From a virus, in IMG/VR virus record IMGVR_UViG_3300007735_000793, positions 1 through 64,000 of that record: DNA of 64,000 nucleotides; one strand, 5' to 3'. The position numbers and the translations under genes were made by a program. Numbering within the stretch: the stretch's first letter is position 1; every line of letters starts with the position of its first letter. Below the pieces are notes generated by a model, which saw nothing but the letters and a program-made list of their open reading frames with translations, ran no database searches and was not told the DNA's origin. Shown here in pieces: positions 29,177-37,579 of this stretch.

Positions 29177-31261
29177 TTAAATTCTGACTTTTTTTTTACT
29201 TTCACCCAATGGGTTTCCGTTCACATTCAACTCACCATTCAAATAGTGTTTTGCGTTTACCATCAGCTCTTTGGCACGAATGATATCCGATTGCCACCAA
29301 TGGGGAAAATCAACTTCTTCATCGGTATTATCAAATTGTTTTAACATCTCACCCAATTCGGTCGCATATTTTACTATACGATATAAATCAGCTCTTAACA
29401 TATTTGGTTCATCATCTTGATGCCCCAAATCAATATCTTCAGTTAGGGTTTTTAATTTTTTCAATTTTGCTGTTAAATCAGCCATTTTCTTCAAATGTGC
29501 CGTTTGCTTTGGAGTTCTATCGTTTTGTGGTATTTTGGTAAATGCAGCAGTATCTTTGGCGTTATCTTTTAATGTTTTCTGAATTTTTAACATCTCCCGC
29601 TTTTGCGCTACTTGCTCTTTACCTGCTTTTCTAATTGATGAAGCAGATGGTTCTTCATCATCATCTATTTCGTTTATAACGGGGTATTTCTTTCCACCAA
29701 ACTCAAACTCACTCAACCCTTGCTTTCTTGCATTGAAAAGTGCCCCAGTGAACGCATTACCTTCGTTTATGTTATCCTGTGCCAAAATCATTACATCATC
29801 CAAAGTGCTTGTAACAGGCCCATTCATTGTTCTGATTGTTACTTTGTTACCCTGCACTTTAAGCACCATTCCGGTTTTGTTTTTGGACTTTAAGTGAACA
29901 AAATCACCACGCTCAAAGCCTAAATCTCGTTTTGCCTCATTTACACCATCTTGTGCCAAAATCATTACATCATCCAAAGTGCTTGTAACAGGCCCATTCA
30001 TTGTTCTGATTGTTACTTTGTTACCCTGCACTTTAAGCACCATTCCGGTTTTGTTTTTGGACTTTAAGTGAACAAAATCACCACGCTCAAAGCCTAAATC
30101 TCGTTTACCTTCGTTTTTGGGTTGTCCAAATTTACTTAATATTTTAAATGCGGTTGATTGCATTTTTAATAAGCCTGAATTAACAAACTTATCTTTGTTA
30201 CCAGATTGATTTAACCCATCATATACACTAATAATAGCAGATGCAGAATAACTATCAACTCGCATCTTTCTACCTGTTGCAGGGTCTGTTAATACCTTTG
30301 AACCTGATTTTACAATATCTCTTAACTGAGAAATGATTTTAGGGTCATTCTTTGCTTCATTTACAACAGACTCTTCAGTTCTCCAACCACCACCTGCATC
30401 CTTATATTGTTTCGCAGCCCAAGCATTGGCATATGCTGAATTGCCTGTTATAGTAAACCAGCCATTTTGCATCATAACCCAAGTTTTATTATCAGTTTCA
30501 GGACACCAAACATTCTCTCTTTCACCCAATTGAGTTTTTATAACATTTTGACTTCCATGAGTTTTCTTACCCCTAATTATAGTAACACTAACAACATCAT
30601 TATCAAAATCATTTACAGATACATAATAACCATTCAAATAAGCAGCATATATTGTTGCTAACAAATGGTCTCTATTTTTTTGAGAAAATCCAAAAGTTCT
30701 TCGGCCAACCGCTTTAGTAGATTTACCTTTTTCCCACCCATCATAAACTATGGCACTACTTAACCAAATTTCTCTTTGCTGTGTTGACATTTTTACAATT
30801 TTTTCAACCCAAGAATCGTGCTTTCCCCAATTTTCATTTATCAAATTTAAATCAGTATCGTTTTGCATTGTAGATGAAAATACAATTCTCATATGAGTTG
30901 TTATATCTTTTGCTTCAACCAATTCAGGAGTTCTATTTTCATCACGCCTTATAACCCATTTGTGATTTGGAGTACACCTAAATCTAAATCCTGTTGCTTT
31001 TTTTATTTCCATAAGTGGCGCATCTTCAAAATAATGTATATTTTTTATGGGCGACCATTCAAGATTATCCTTTTCTAAATTGTATGTAAGTATATCTTCT
31101 CCAACTTCTAACTCATCATATGATTTTAACCCATCTTTTGTAACCGCAAGCGAATCAAGAGGAACACATGGGTAAACGTCAAACTTTTTCTTTGCTTGCG
31201 ATTTATAATAAGACCATTTTGATGGGTCTGTTGGAACATTTTTTTCTATTAGTAGTTTCAT
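29177..31261 (-). CDS. Intein-containing modular putative head protein
   Basis: KKFDVYP|intein|SAYANAWAAKQYK..; then several modules separated by NEA/NEG sites, including a duplicated SH3-like module. Confidence 0.75.
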   Translation of the reverse strand: MKLLIEKNVPTDPSKWSYYKSQAKKKFDVYPCVPLDSLAVTKDGLKSYDELEVGEDILTYNLEKDNLEWSPIKNIHYFEDAPLMEIKKATGFRFRCTPNHKWVIRRDENRTPELVEAKDITTHMRIVFSSTMQNDTDLNLINENWGKHDSWVEKIVKMSTQQREIWLSSAIVYDGWEKGKSTKAVGRRTFGFSQKNRDHLLATIYAAYLNGYYVSVNDFDNDVVSVTIIRGKKTHGSQNVIKTQLGERENVWCPETDNKTWVMMQNGWFTITGNSAYANAWAAKQYKDAGGGWRTEESVVNEAKNDPKIISQLRDIVKSGSKVLTDPATGRKMRVDSYSASAIISVYDGLNQSGNKDKFVNSGLLKMQSTAFKILSKFGQPKNEGKRDLGFERGDFVHLKSKNKTGMVLKVQGNKVTIRTMNGPVTSTLDDVMILAQDGVNEAKRDLGFERGDFVHLKSKNKTGMVLKVQGNKVTIRTMNGPVTSTLDDVMILAQDNINEGNAFTGALFNARKQGLSEFEFGGKKYPVINEIDDDEEPSASSIRKAGKEQVAQKREMLKIQKTLKDNAKDTAAFTKIPQNDRTPKQTAHLKKMADLTAKLKKLKTLTEDIDLGHQDDEPNMLRADLYRIVKYATELGEMLKQFDNTDEEVDFPHWWQSDIIRAKELMVNAKHYLNGELNVNGNPLGESKKKVRI
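29778..30106. repeat. Perfect 155-nt duplication (period 174 nt) encoding twin SH3/KOW-like modules
   Basis: 29778-29932 identical to 29952-30106. Confidence 0.9.
30440..31168 (-). mobile_element. Contiguous intein (243 aa) with partial LAGLIDADG-type remnant
   Basis: C1 CVPLDS, block B CTPNHKW, WLSSAIVYDG..FSQKN, block F VWCPET, ends TGN|S. Confidence 0.9.
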
Positions 31262-31276
31262 TTACTTCCTCAAAAA

Positions 31277-31798
31277 TTATGGGTTGTAATTTTTAATGTT
31301 TAATTTAACAAATTGTTCAAAATCTTTTGGTGATAAATATGTGTTAATTTCATATCCTGTTAAGTGTTTATTTCCCAAAATTAAATAACCTTTGGCAGTT
31401 TCCCAATTTTGAGGTATATCATCATTTATATTATCAAACTCACCCGGCAAATAAGTTACCAATACATTAAACACTGTCTGATTACCACCAAATAACCAAC
31501 CACTCGGGGGTTTAATGGGTGTATTTCCAACCCTAAACTTTCTAATCATTATACCATATCCCTTAGCAGGGTTTTCATATCTTCTAAACCAATTATCGGT
31601 TTCTAACCTGTAAACAGCAGTTTGTCCCGATATTTTTCGCATAAGAACCAACTTAACAAGGGATGCCCAATCTGGGTCACCAGGCTTACTTCTTAAATCT
31701 TTAACCGTTCCAATATCATCCGATGGATTATCATTTTCGTTTATCATTTGAGATTTTATGGCTTTCCTAATAAGATGTCTTAATTCCGATACTTTCAT
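31277..31798 (-). CDS. Hypothetical, putative head-packaged protein
   Basis: N-terminus MKVSELRHLIRKAIKSQMINE resembles a cleaved capsid-targeting leader. Confidence 0.6.
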   Translation of the reverse strand: MKVSELRHLIRKAIKSQMINENDNPSDDIGTVKDLRSKPGDPDWASLVKLVLMRKISGQTAVYRLETDNWFRRYENPAKGYGIMIRKFRVGNTPIKPPSGWLFGGNQTVFNVLVTYLPGEFDNINDDIPQNWETAKGYLILGNKHLTGYEINTYLSPKDFEQFVKLNIKNYNP

Positions 31799-31859
31799 TG
31801 TTTGTTTCCTTTTTGATTTATATTATATAAATATAGTGTTTATTTATTTCCGTTAATTT

Positions 31860-32207
31860 TTATGCACCAGTTTTAACAAAAATCGGAGTTTGCCCCTTTG
31901 ATTGTTCACCGCCCTTTTTAGCATCCCCTGCTTTCTTTTGAGCAGCCCTTTTTCGTTTTACAAACTTAGCCCTTCCTTCCGGTCCTAACTTATTAGCTTT
32001 TTCTTTAGAAAGACATGCTGAGTATGCTTCACCTTCTTCCGCATCCCCACACTTACCCAACTTTTTGCCGGTGGTAGAATACCTATCCCAACCACCACCT
32101 GATGTTGAACCGGTCTTACCCTTACCAAACCACTTTCTTAAATCCTCTCTGATAATTTCTCTTACTACAATTTGGATTAATTCTCTAAGTTGTTGTTTCT
32201 TGTTCAA
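31860..32207 (-). CDS. Basic putative head protein (start revised to TTG 32207)
   Basis: LRELIQIVVREIIRE|DLRKWFG..GGWDR..GKCG..CLSKEKA. Confidence 0.6.
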   Translation of the reverse strand: MNKKQQLRELIQIVVREIIREDLRKWFGKGKTGSTSGGGWDRYSTTGKKLGKCGDAEEGEAYSACLSKEKANKLGPEGRAKFVKRKRAAQKKAGDAKKGGEQSKGQTPIFVKTGA

Positions 32208-32784
32208 GTTCTTTCTCCAATTTTTCGATATATTCCTCACGCAACTTTTCAAAATCGGCATCTATTTTAGACAAAACTGCTTCAATATCAACCCCATTCC
32301 ATTCCTCAACCGAACCATTTTCGTTGATAAACTTCATTTTTAGCGCAACTTTAAGAGCATCCTTTTCAAATTGAGCCTGCTTTAACCATGCTTTCGCATT
32401 CTCCAGCATTTTCTTTTTTTCATACCTATCATACTCCCCACTCATTCGTAATTTTGATTCCATACTCAATACACAATCAAAACACATACCATGAAAAGCA
32501 CGCATTTTTTCATCTAACCTCTTTGGGTTTTTGCATTCGCAGGTTTCCTTCATACAATTAGGGAACTTTTTCAAGTCCTGCCTAAGCTGATGAAGCTTAC
32601 CGAGTTTTACTTTATACCCGGCTTTCTGCTCCCACATATCCCCATTTGTATCCTGCCATTGTTCACCTACTTCCCGACGAACATAACCTGATGTTTCTTC
32701 AAACCCAATAGTTGTTTTTGTTTGGGTTCGGTGTACACCATCCAACATCTCCGAAACCGCTTTTGTATTTTTTAACTTGCTCAT
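32185..32784 (-). CDS. Conserved hypothetical protein with Cys cluster
   Basis: REVGEQWQD..W, C..C.C..CFDC. Confidence 0.7.
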   Translation of the reverse strand: MSKLKNTKAVSEMLDGVHRTQTKTTIGFEETSGYVRREVGEQWQDTNGDMWEQKAGYKVKLGKLHQLRQDLKKFPNCMKETCECKNPKRLDEKMRAFHGMCFDCVLSMESKLRMSGEYDRYEKKKMLENAKAWLKQAQFEKDALKVALKMKFINENGSVEEWNGVDIEAVLSKIDADFEKLREEYIEKLEKELEQETTT

Positions 32785-32810
32785 AACTTATTTTACTATA
32801 AATATCGAAA

Positions 32811-33995
32811 TTAATAGAATAAACCCAAAATTTGATTAAGTGGGGCGAAAGTTCCAGTTAACTTGAGCGTCATACCTTTGTATACAAAAACTATTCCCTC
32901 ATTTGGAACAATCTTATCAGGACCACCTATTGTCGCCATTCTTTCAAGCTCTAATTGTAACTTTCTTATCTTTTTTTCATCCCCACCACTTTTAACATCT
33001 TTAATGGTTTGGTCTAATCGTTGTTTCATATTACGAACTGCTTCATCTGGGTTCACTGTCAATACTGAACTCATAAACGATAATACATCTGCGCCAACCC
33101 CTAAAAATATATCTTCAAATGGTCGAATATTATCTTTTGATATTTTTTGATGATCATTCTTATCCACACCCTTCGCCCACTCTAATACCTTATCCGATTT
33201 TATGTTGTTACTATTTAAGACAAAACTTTTGTCGTAGAATGCCCATCTTTTTATCAAACCTTCTCGTGTAAATTTATCTAATTTTTCGGGTGAGTTTTTA
33301 TCTATGTATTCACCCCACCACGCCTGATGATATTCTGCCATACCATCACTATCTTTTAAACCATATTTTGATTGTAGTTTGTTTAACATCCCCAAATACT
33401 TTGATTGTAATTTTTCCAAGTTTATTTCCTTTGGTAGCTGTGTAATAGGTGGTCCTTGTATTGTGTATTTATCCTGCACATTCTGATTGATTTGTTTAAT
33501 CATTCCCGCTAATACCTTTGCATCAGATTGGTCTGCCCCAATCGCAACACCGGATTCATCGTATTCGGTAGTGTTGTGAAACACCAAAAGAGCCTGACCA
33601 TAAGGTATTACATTTACTGATGTTGGATATATCACTTCCAAATTCATAAACTTTGCACCCTGTTTGAAAATCTTATCCCTTTGTGCTTTTGATAATCGCT
33701 TTATTGCCACTTCTAAATCCCGCATAGCAAAGTTGTAAGCATCAGTTAGCCCACCCCTACCTCCGAACTTTGAAGCAACATCTGCGGCGTTCATTGCGTT
33801 TTCACCCCGATTAGCAAGGTGTCCTTTGTTTCTTGCGGCAATTAACCCCTTATCATCTCGCCAACTAATAGCAAGTGCCTGTCCATCTGTATTATGAACC
33901 AATATACCATTTGCGTAATAACATGAAAAATTATCAACTTTTATGTCATACCTGGTCTGAACTTTGTTTACTGGTTTTATTGATTTAATTTTCAT
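32811..33995 (-). CDS. Split-intein IntC (35 aa) + C-part of an RNA-ligase-like nucleotidyltransferase
   Basis: ..YDIKV..ANGILVHN|TDGQ; ligase-like motifs NLEVI, EGIVF, LKLTG. Confidence 0.8.
   Translation of the reverse strand: MKIKSIKPVNKVQTRYDIKVDNFSCYYANGILVHNTDGQALAISWRDDKGLIAARNKGHLANRGENAMNAADVASKFGGRGGLTDAYNFAMRDLEVAIKRLSKAQRDKIFKQGAKFMNLEVIYPTSVNVIPYGQALLVFHNTTEYDESGVAIGADQSDAKVLAGMIKQINQNVQDKYTIQGPPITQLPKEINLEKLQSKYLGMLNKLQSKYGLKDSDGMAEYHQAWWGEYIDKNSPEKLDKFTREGLIKRWAFYDKSFVLNSNNIKSDKVLEWAKGVDKNDHQKISKDNIRPFEDIFLGVGADVLSFMSSVLTVNPDEAVRNMKQRLDQTIKDVKSGGDEKKIRKLQLELERMATIGGPDKIVPNEGIVFVYKGMTLKLTGTFAPLNQILGLFY
33891..33995 (-). mobile_element. Split intein IntC (35 aa, basic)
   Basis: MKIKSIK..RYDIKVDNFSCYYANGILVHN followed by Thr+1. 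Confidence 0.92.
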
Positions 33996-34007
33996 AGTTT
34001 ATTTCCC

Positions 34008-35582
34008 TCAAAGTGTTTTCAATTCCATATCTTCGGTCAAATCTTTAGCCTGAACATATCCTATACCATCTACATACATTCTATGATTTGGGGTTACTTG
34101 AATGGTTTTACCATCTTCCATTTCGATTTCTAACCACTCATCAGTATCATCGTTATTAAAATATGCTATAACATCCATAAATTCACTATTTCCAGTTTCT
34201 TCATTAAATGATAATACCGAATCGGTAAGTTTATTATCTACAAACTCTGATATGGGTATATTTCCATTATTTTTAGTTTGTATAACACTATCACCCGCTA
34301 TGCACTTTTCTCGAGTTAATTCCAAATCACCTTTTAAGGCCTTTGCTATTATGTTTTTTAAATCACCAAAAGTTAAACCCAACTCTAAATCAAACGGATG
34401 ATTCATATGACCGTATGCCCCGCCTTCTGTCAAATAATCGTTGAACTTTCTACCAATTCTTTCTAATAACTTATATTGCTTTCTATCTATTACTTCTAAT
34501 TTTTTTCCAATCACCCATTCAACAACCTCATATCCTAACCCCCTAAATACTTCCTGCAACTCCTTGTCCTCTACACCAGTAATATCAACCTCTACTTCGG
34601 GTGGAGCTTCAGGTGGTGCAACATCCAATGGAGTAGTAGCAATATCAGCAGTTACATAATCTTCCGTTTCGGGTATATCTAAAAGGTCATCCATTGTGAA
34701 TACCTTTCTTCTACTTGCATATTGATAAAAATCACCCGTACCTTTTGCCGATTTTTTAACCATCGCATCTGCTTTTGGAAACTCTATTTGTGTATATCCA
34801 CCACTAACAAACCAATAATCGTTTTTTTGCGCATCTTTACCCAAACCCAATACTCGTTTTTTACCTGGCGGAACATAAATTGCATCAGGCTCACCTGGAT
34901 CTGCACCATATCCACCTCCCAATGATGATTCAATAAGGGGAATTAAATTATACTTACTGAAGAAGTCTGATATAATTTCGTTTACTCCACCCAGCTTTTG
35001 GGTTATCATATTGTATATTTTTGGATTAAATTTTGGATATGCTTTTTTAAATCCCCCTTTTCTTTGTGATTCATCTCCCGCTGATAACCATTTTCTTACA
35101 TCCGTTCCACTTATTGGATTTGGTTGAGCAGGTGATGTATAAACATAACCACTTTCTTCATATCCACTTACAGGTTTAAATCCGGCACCACTATGAAATT
35201 TTTTGAAATATTTACCACCTAATCGTTGTGCATCTTTTTCCCCTACCACAGTTACAAATGCCGTTGTTTGAGGTGAAAATCCACTTAATATTTCAATTGG
35301 ATTATATGGGTTTTTTACCTGCACTACCTTATTCTTTGGAATATTAAACATTGTAGTCATTATTGTTTTTTTCTCCAAAAAATTAAAGGGGTCTTTAGGT
35401 CCACCACTTTTGTTGGATGTCCCAATCCAAACGGCATCCTTACCAAACTTTTGAACTAAATGTGAATAGGTAGCATAATGCCCCTTATGGAAAGGTTGAA
35501 ACCTACCCGCATATACCACCACTATATCTTTGACTTCTTCGGTTAATATCTCTTTAACCCATTCTTTTATTAAATTTCCCAT
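34008..35582 (-). CDS. HIGH-family nucleotidyltransferase + N-part of ligase-like domain + split-intein IntN
   Basis: YAGRFQPFHKGH, VGEKD, ISGTDVR; EGGAYGHMNHPFD..TREK|CIAGDS.. Confidence 0.82.
   Translation of the reverse strand: MGNLIKEWVKEILTEEVKDIVVVYAGRFQPFHKGHYATYSHLVQKFGKDAVWIGTSNKSGGPKDPFNFLEKKTIMTTMFNIPKNKVVQVKNPYNPIEILSGFSPQTTAFVTVVGEKDAQRLGGKYFKKFHSGAGFKPVSGYEESGYVYTSPAQPNPISGTDVRKWLSAGDESQRKGGFKKAYPKFNPKIYNMITQKLGGVNEIISDFFSKYNLIPLIESSLGGGYGADPGEPDAIYVPPGKKRVLGLGKDAQKNDYWFVSGGYTQIEFPKADAMVKKSAKGTGDFYQYASRRKVFTMDDLLDIPETEDYVTADIATTPLDVAPPEAPPEVEVDITGVEDKELQEVFRGLGYEVVEWVIGKKLEVIDRKQYKLLERIGRKFNDYLTEGGAYGHMNHPFDLELGLTFGDLKNIIAKALKGDLELTREKCIAGDSVIQTKNNGNIPISEFVDNKLTDSVLSFNEETGNSEFMDVIAYFNNDDTDEWLEIEMEDGKTIQVTPNHRMYVDGIGYVQAKDLTEDMELKTL
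34011..34304 (-). mobile_element. Split intein IntN (98 aa, acidic)
   Basis: Block A CIAGDSVI, block B VTPNHRMY, GYVQAKDL, then stop. Confidence 0.92.
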
Positions 35583-35599
35583 ATAGATAAATATACAGT

Positions 35600-35764
35600 T
35601 TATTTTTGTTTATTGTTTTGTTTTAACTTCCCCATCGCTTCTTTGGATGTAAGTAACTTACCCATACTTGCCATTTTTTGAAATTCCTCCATAGTAATAC
35701 TGATAATGGGTTTACCACTATCTTTAATTTGTTGGAGGAGTTGAGGTGTGGGTTTAAGGAACAT
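35600..35764 (-). CDS. Small hypothetical protein (54 aa), not in the ORF track
   Basis: Manual translation MFLKPTPQLLQQIKDSGKPIISITMEEFQKMASMGK..; fills the intergenic gap. Confidence 0.55.
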   Translation of the reverse strand: MFLKPTPQLLQQIKDSGKPIISITMEEFQKMASMGKLLTSKEAMGKLKQNNKQK

Positions 35765-35774
35765 AGTGTTAGGG

Positions 35775-37574
35775 TTAGTTAGGTAAATAACAGGGGATTA
35801 GGACAGTATTTCCATTTAATTTTATTTCCATCCAATAATCAGGTGTTCCTAACGCAAAATCATCAGCAGTTTGCCCATATATTTCCTTAGCGGGAACATC
35901 TGGTAGGTATCTTGGTGGGGGATTACTAGCTTGTGCAGCATCAATTTGAATCCATTTTGTACTTGCAGGGTCTGATGTTATGTGTACATATTCAGCAGGT
36001 GATGATTGTTGTAACCCAACAAAACCACTATCTGTAGTTACAAGTATTCTTGGATTTCCACCCGTAAAAACCTCAATTACTCCAGTTGGTGTTTCAGTTC
36101 CTATACCAACATTACCATCACCCTGTACAAATAATGCTGCCGATGCTGATGGTGAAGATACCCGCAGTAATGATTGATTATTTGCCCCACTTACATGCAA
36201 TCTTGCAGAAGGGGTTAATAATCCTACACCCACATTACCACTAGCACTTATAAAGAAGTATTCTGCACCTGTTGTGCTTTGCACTCTCATTAAATTATCA
36301 GTAGCAACTGTGCCGCTAATGTGCAAAGACGCGGTTGGAAATCTTGTTCCAATTCCTACTCTTGATGATCCTACAGTAGTTCCTACTGAATCTATAGTTA
36401 GTACTGAATCAGTTAAAGCAGTTGCGGAGGTTGAACTATTATTATTTAATAAAAAGTGTATTTTACCACTTGCATTACCACCGCCACCATGCCCATCTGT
36501 CCTTTCAAATACAAGTGCCGATTTTCTATAAGATGCGTTTGTTTGCTCAACATATCCAAAAGATATGCCTGAAAAGTTATTAATGGAGACTTGCGCTCCA
36601 AAACTCGCTGCTATACCAGATATACTACCATTATAGACATCAAAAAGACGTTGGGGGGTTGATATTCCAATACCAACTCTACCACTACCACTTACAAATA
36701 ATATATTAGCGTTTGTTGGTGAACCTACCCTTAATAAAGCATCAGCATTAGCGCCACTTATGTGAAGTTCTGCGGTTGGTGATGTTGTGCCTATGCCCAC
36801 CTCAGTTGTTGGAGTTATTTTAACATTATTTGTAAATGTAGATGTAAAGTCATTCCAACTTCTTAATAACATACCACCATCGGTACTATCACGATGTATG
36901 TTAGGGAATGTAGCTCCATTAGCATTTATACTAACACCGGTGTTTCCATTAACAACTAAATTATGAACAGGTGTTGTAGTTCCAATGCCTATATTACCAC
37001 TGCTACTTACATACAGGTGATTAGTGTTAAATGCTGATGTGCCATCATTTAGTATAGTTAAACTTGCGCTTGCATTACTATTTTCTACCCTAAATGCTGT
37101 CGTTGCGGAGGTTGCTCCACTGCCTCTAATTTCTAATTTTGCCGATGGCGAACTTTCTCCAATACCTACAAACCCAGTAGAACCCACAATTCTCATTATT
37201 TCAGGTTGGGTAACTGCGCCTGCGTAAAATGATATATCATTTGCTCCAAATACCCCACCAAGCTCTGATAACATATAAGCCCCAGCATGTCCGAAACTTG
37301 AACTTGCTACTATGTTATTGGTATTATATCTGATATATGGAGTAAACTGCCCTGCCGTAAGAGCACCAATAGTTGATGCCGTTATAGAGGTTACAGTTAT
37401 ACCCCCGTTTACTTGAAGAGTGTTTGTTGGTGTCCCCGTTCCAATACCAACTCTACCACTACCTGATACGAATAAAGCAGAAGGTGCGGATGGTGATGAT
37501 ACTTGTAATAAATTGGCGTTATTTGAGCCAGTTATTAAAGCATTATCTAATATGGTAGGTGAAAATATATCCAT
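35775..37574 (-). CDS. Tail-fibre-like protein
   Basis: Repeated LFVSGSGRVGIGT units; modules shared with 7856 and 49701 genes. Confidence 0.75.
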   Translation of the reverse strand: MDIFSPTILDNALITGSNNANLLQVSSPSAPSALFVSGSGRVGIGTGTPTNTLQVNGGITVTSITASTIGALTAGQFTPYIRYNTNNIVASSSFGHAGAYMLSELGGVFGANDISFYAGAVTQPEIMRIVGSTGFVGIGESSPSAKLEIRGSGATSATTAFRVENSNASASLTILNDGTSAFNTNHLYVSSSGNIGIGTTTPVHNLVVNGNTGVSINANGATFPNIHRDSTDGGMLLRSWNDFTSTFTNNVKITPTTEVGIGTTSPTAELHISGANADALLRVGSPTNANILFVSGSGRVGIGISTPQRLFDVYNGSISGIAASFGAQVSINNFSGISFGYVEQTNASYRKSALVFERTDGHGGGGNASGKIHFLLNNNSSTSATALTDSVLTIDSVGTTVGSSRVGIGTRFPTASLHISGTVATDNLMRVQSTTGAEYFFISASGNVGVGLLTPSARLHVSGANNQSLLRVSSPSASAALFVQGDGNVGIGTETPTGVIEVFTGGNPRILVTTDSGFVGLQQSSPAEYVHITSDPASTKWIQIDAAQASNPPPRYLPDVPAKEIYGQTADDFALGTPDYWMEIKLNGNTVLIPCYLPN

Positions 37575-37579
37575 TTTTA

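Noticed and set aside
34008-35582. Pseudogene interpretation of the 34008/32811 and terL breaks
   Set aside because: Breaks fall at intein split points with intact catalytic residues and proper restarts
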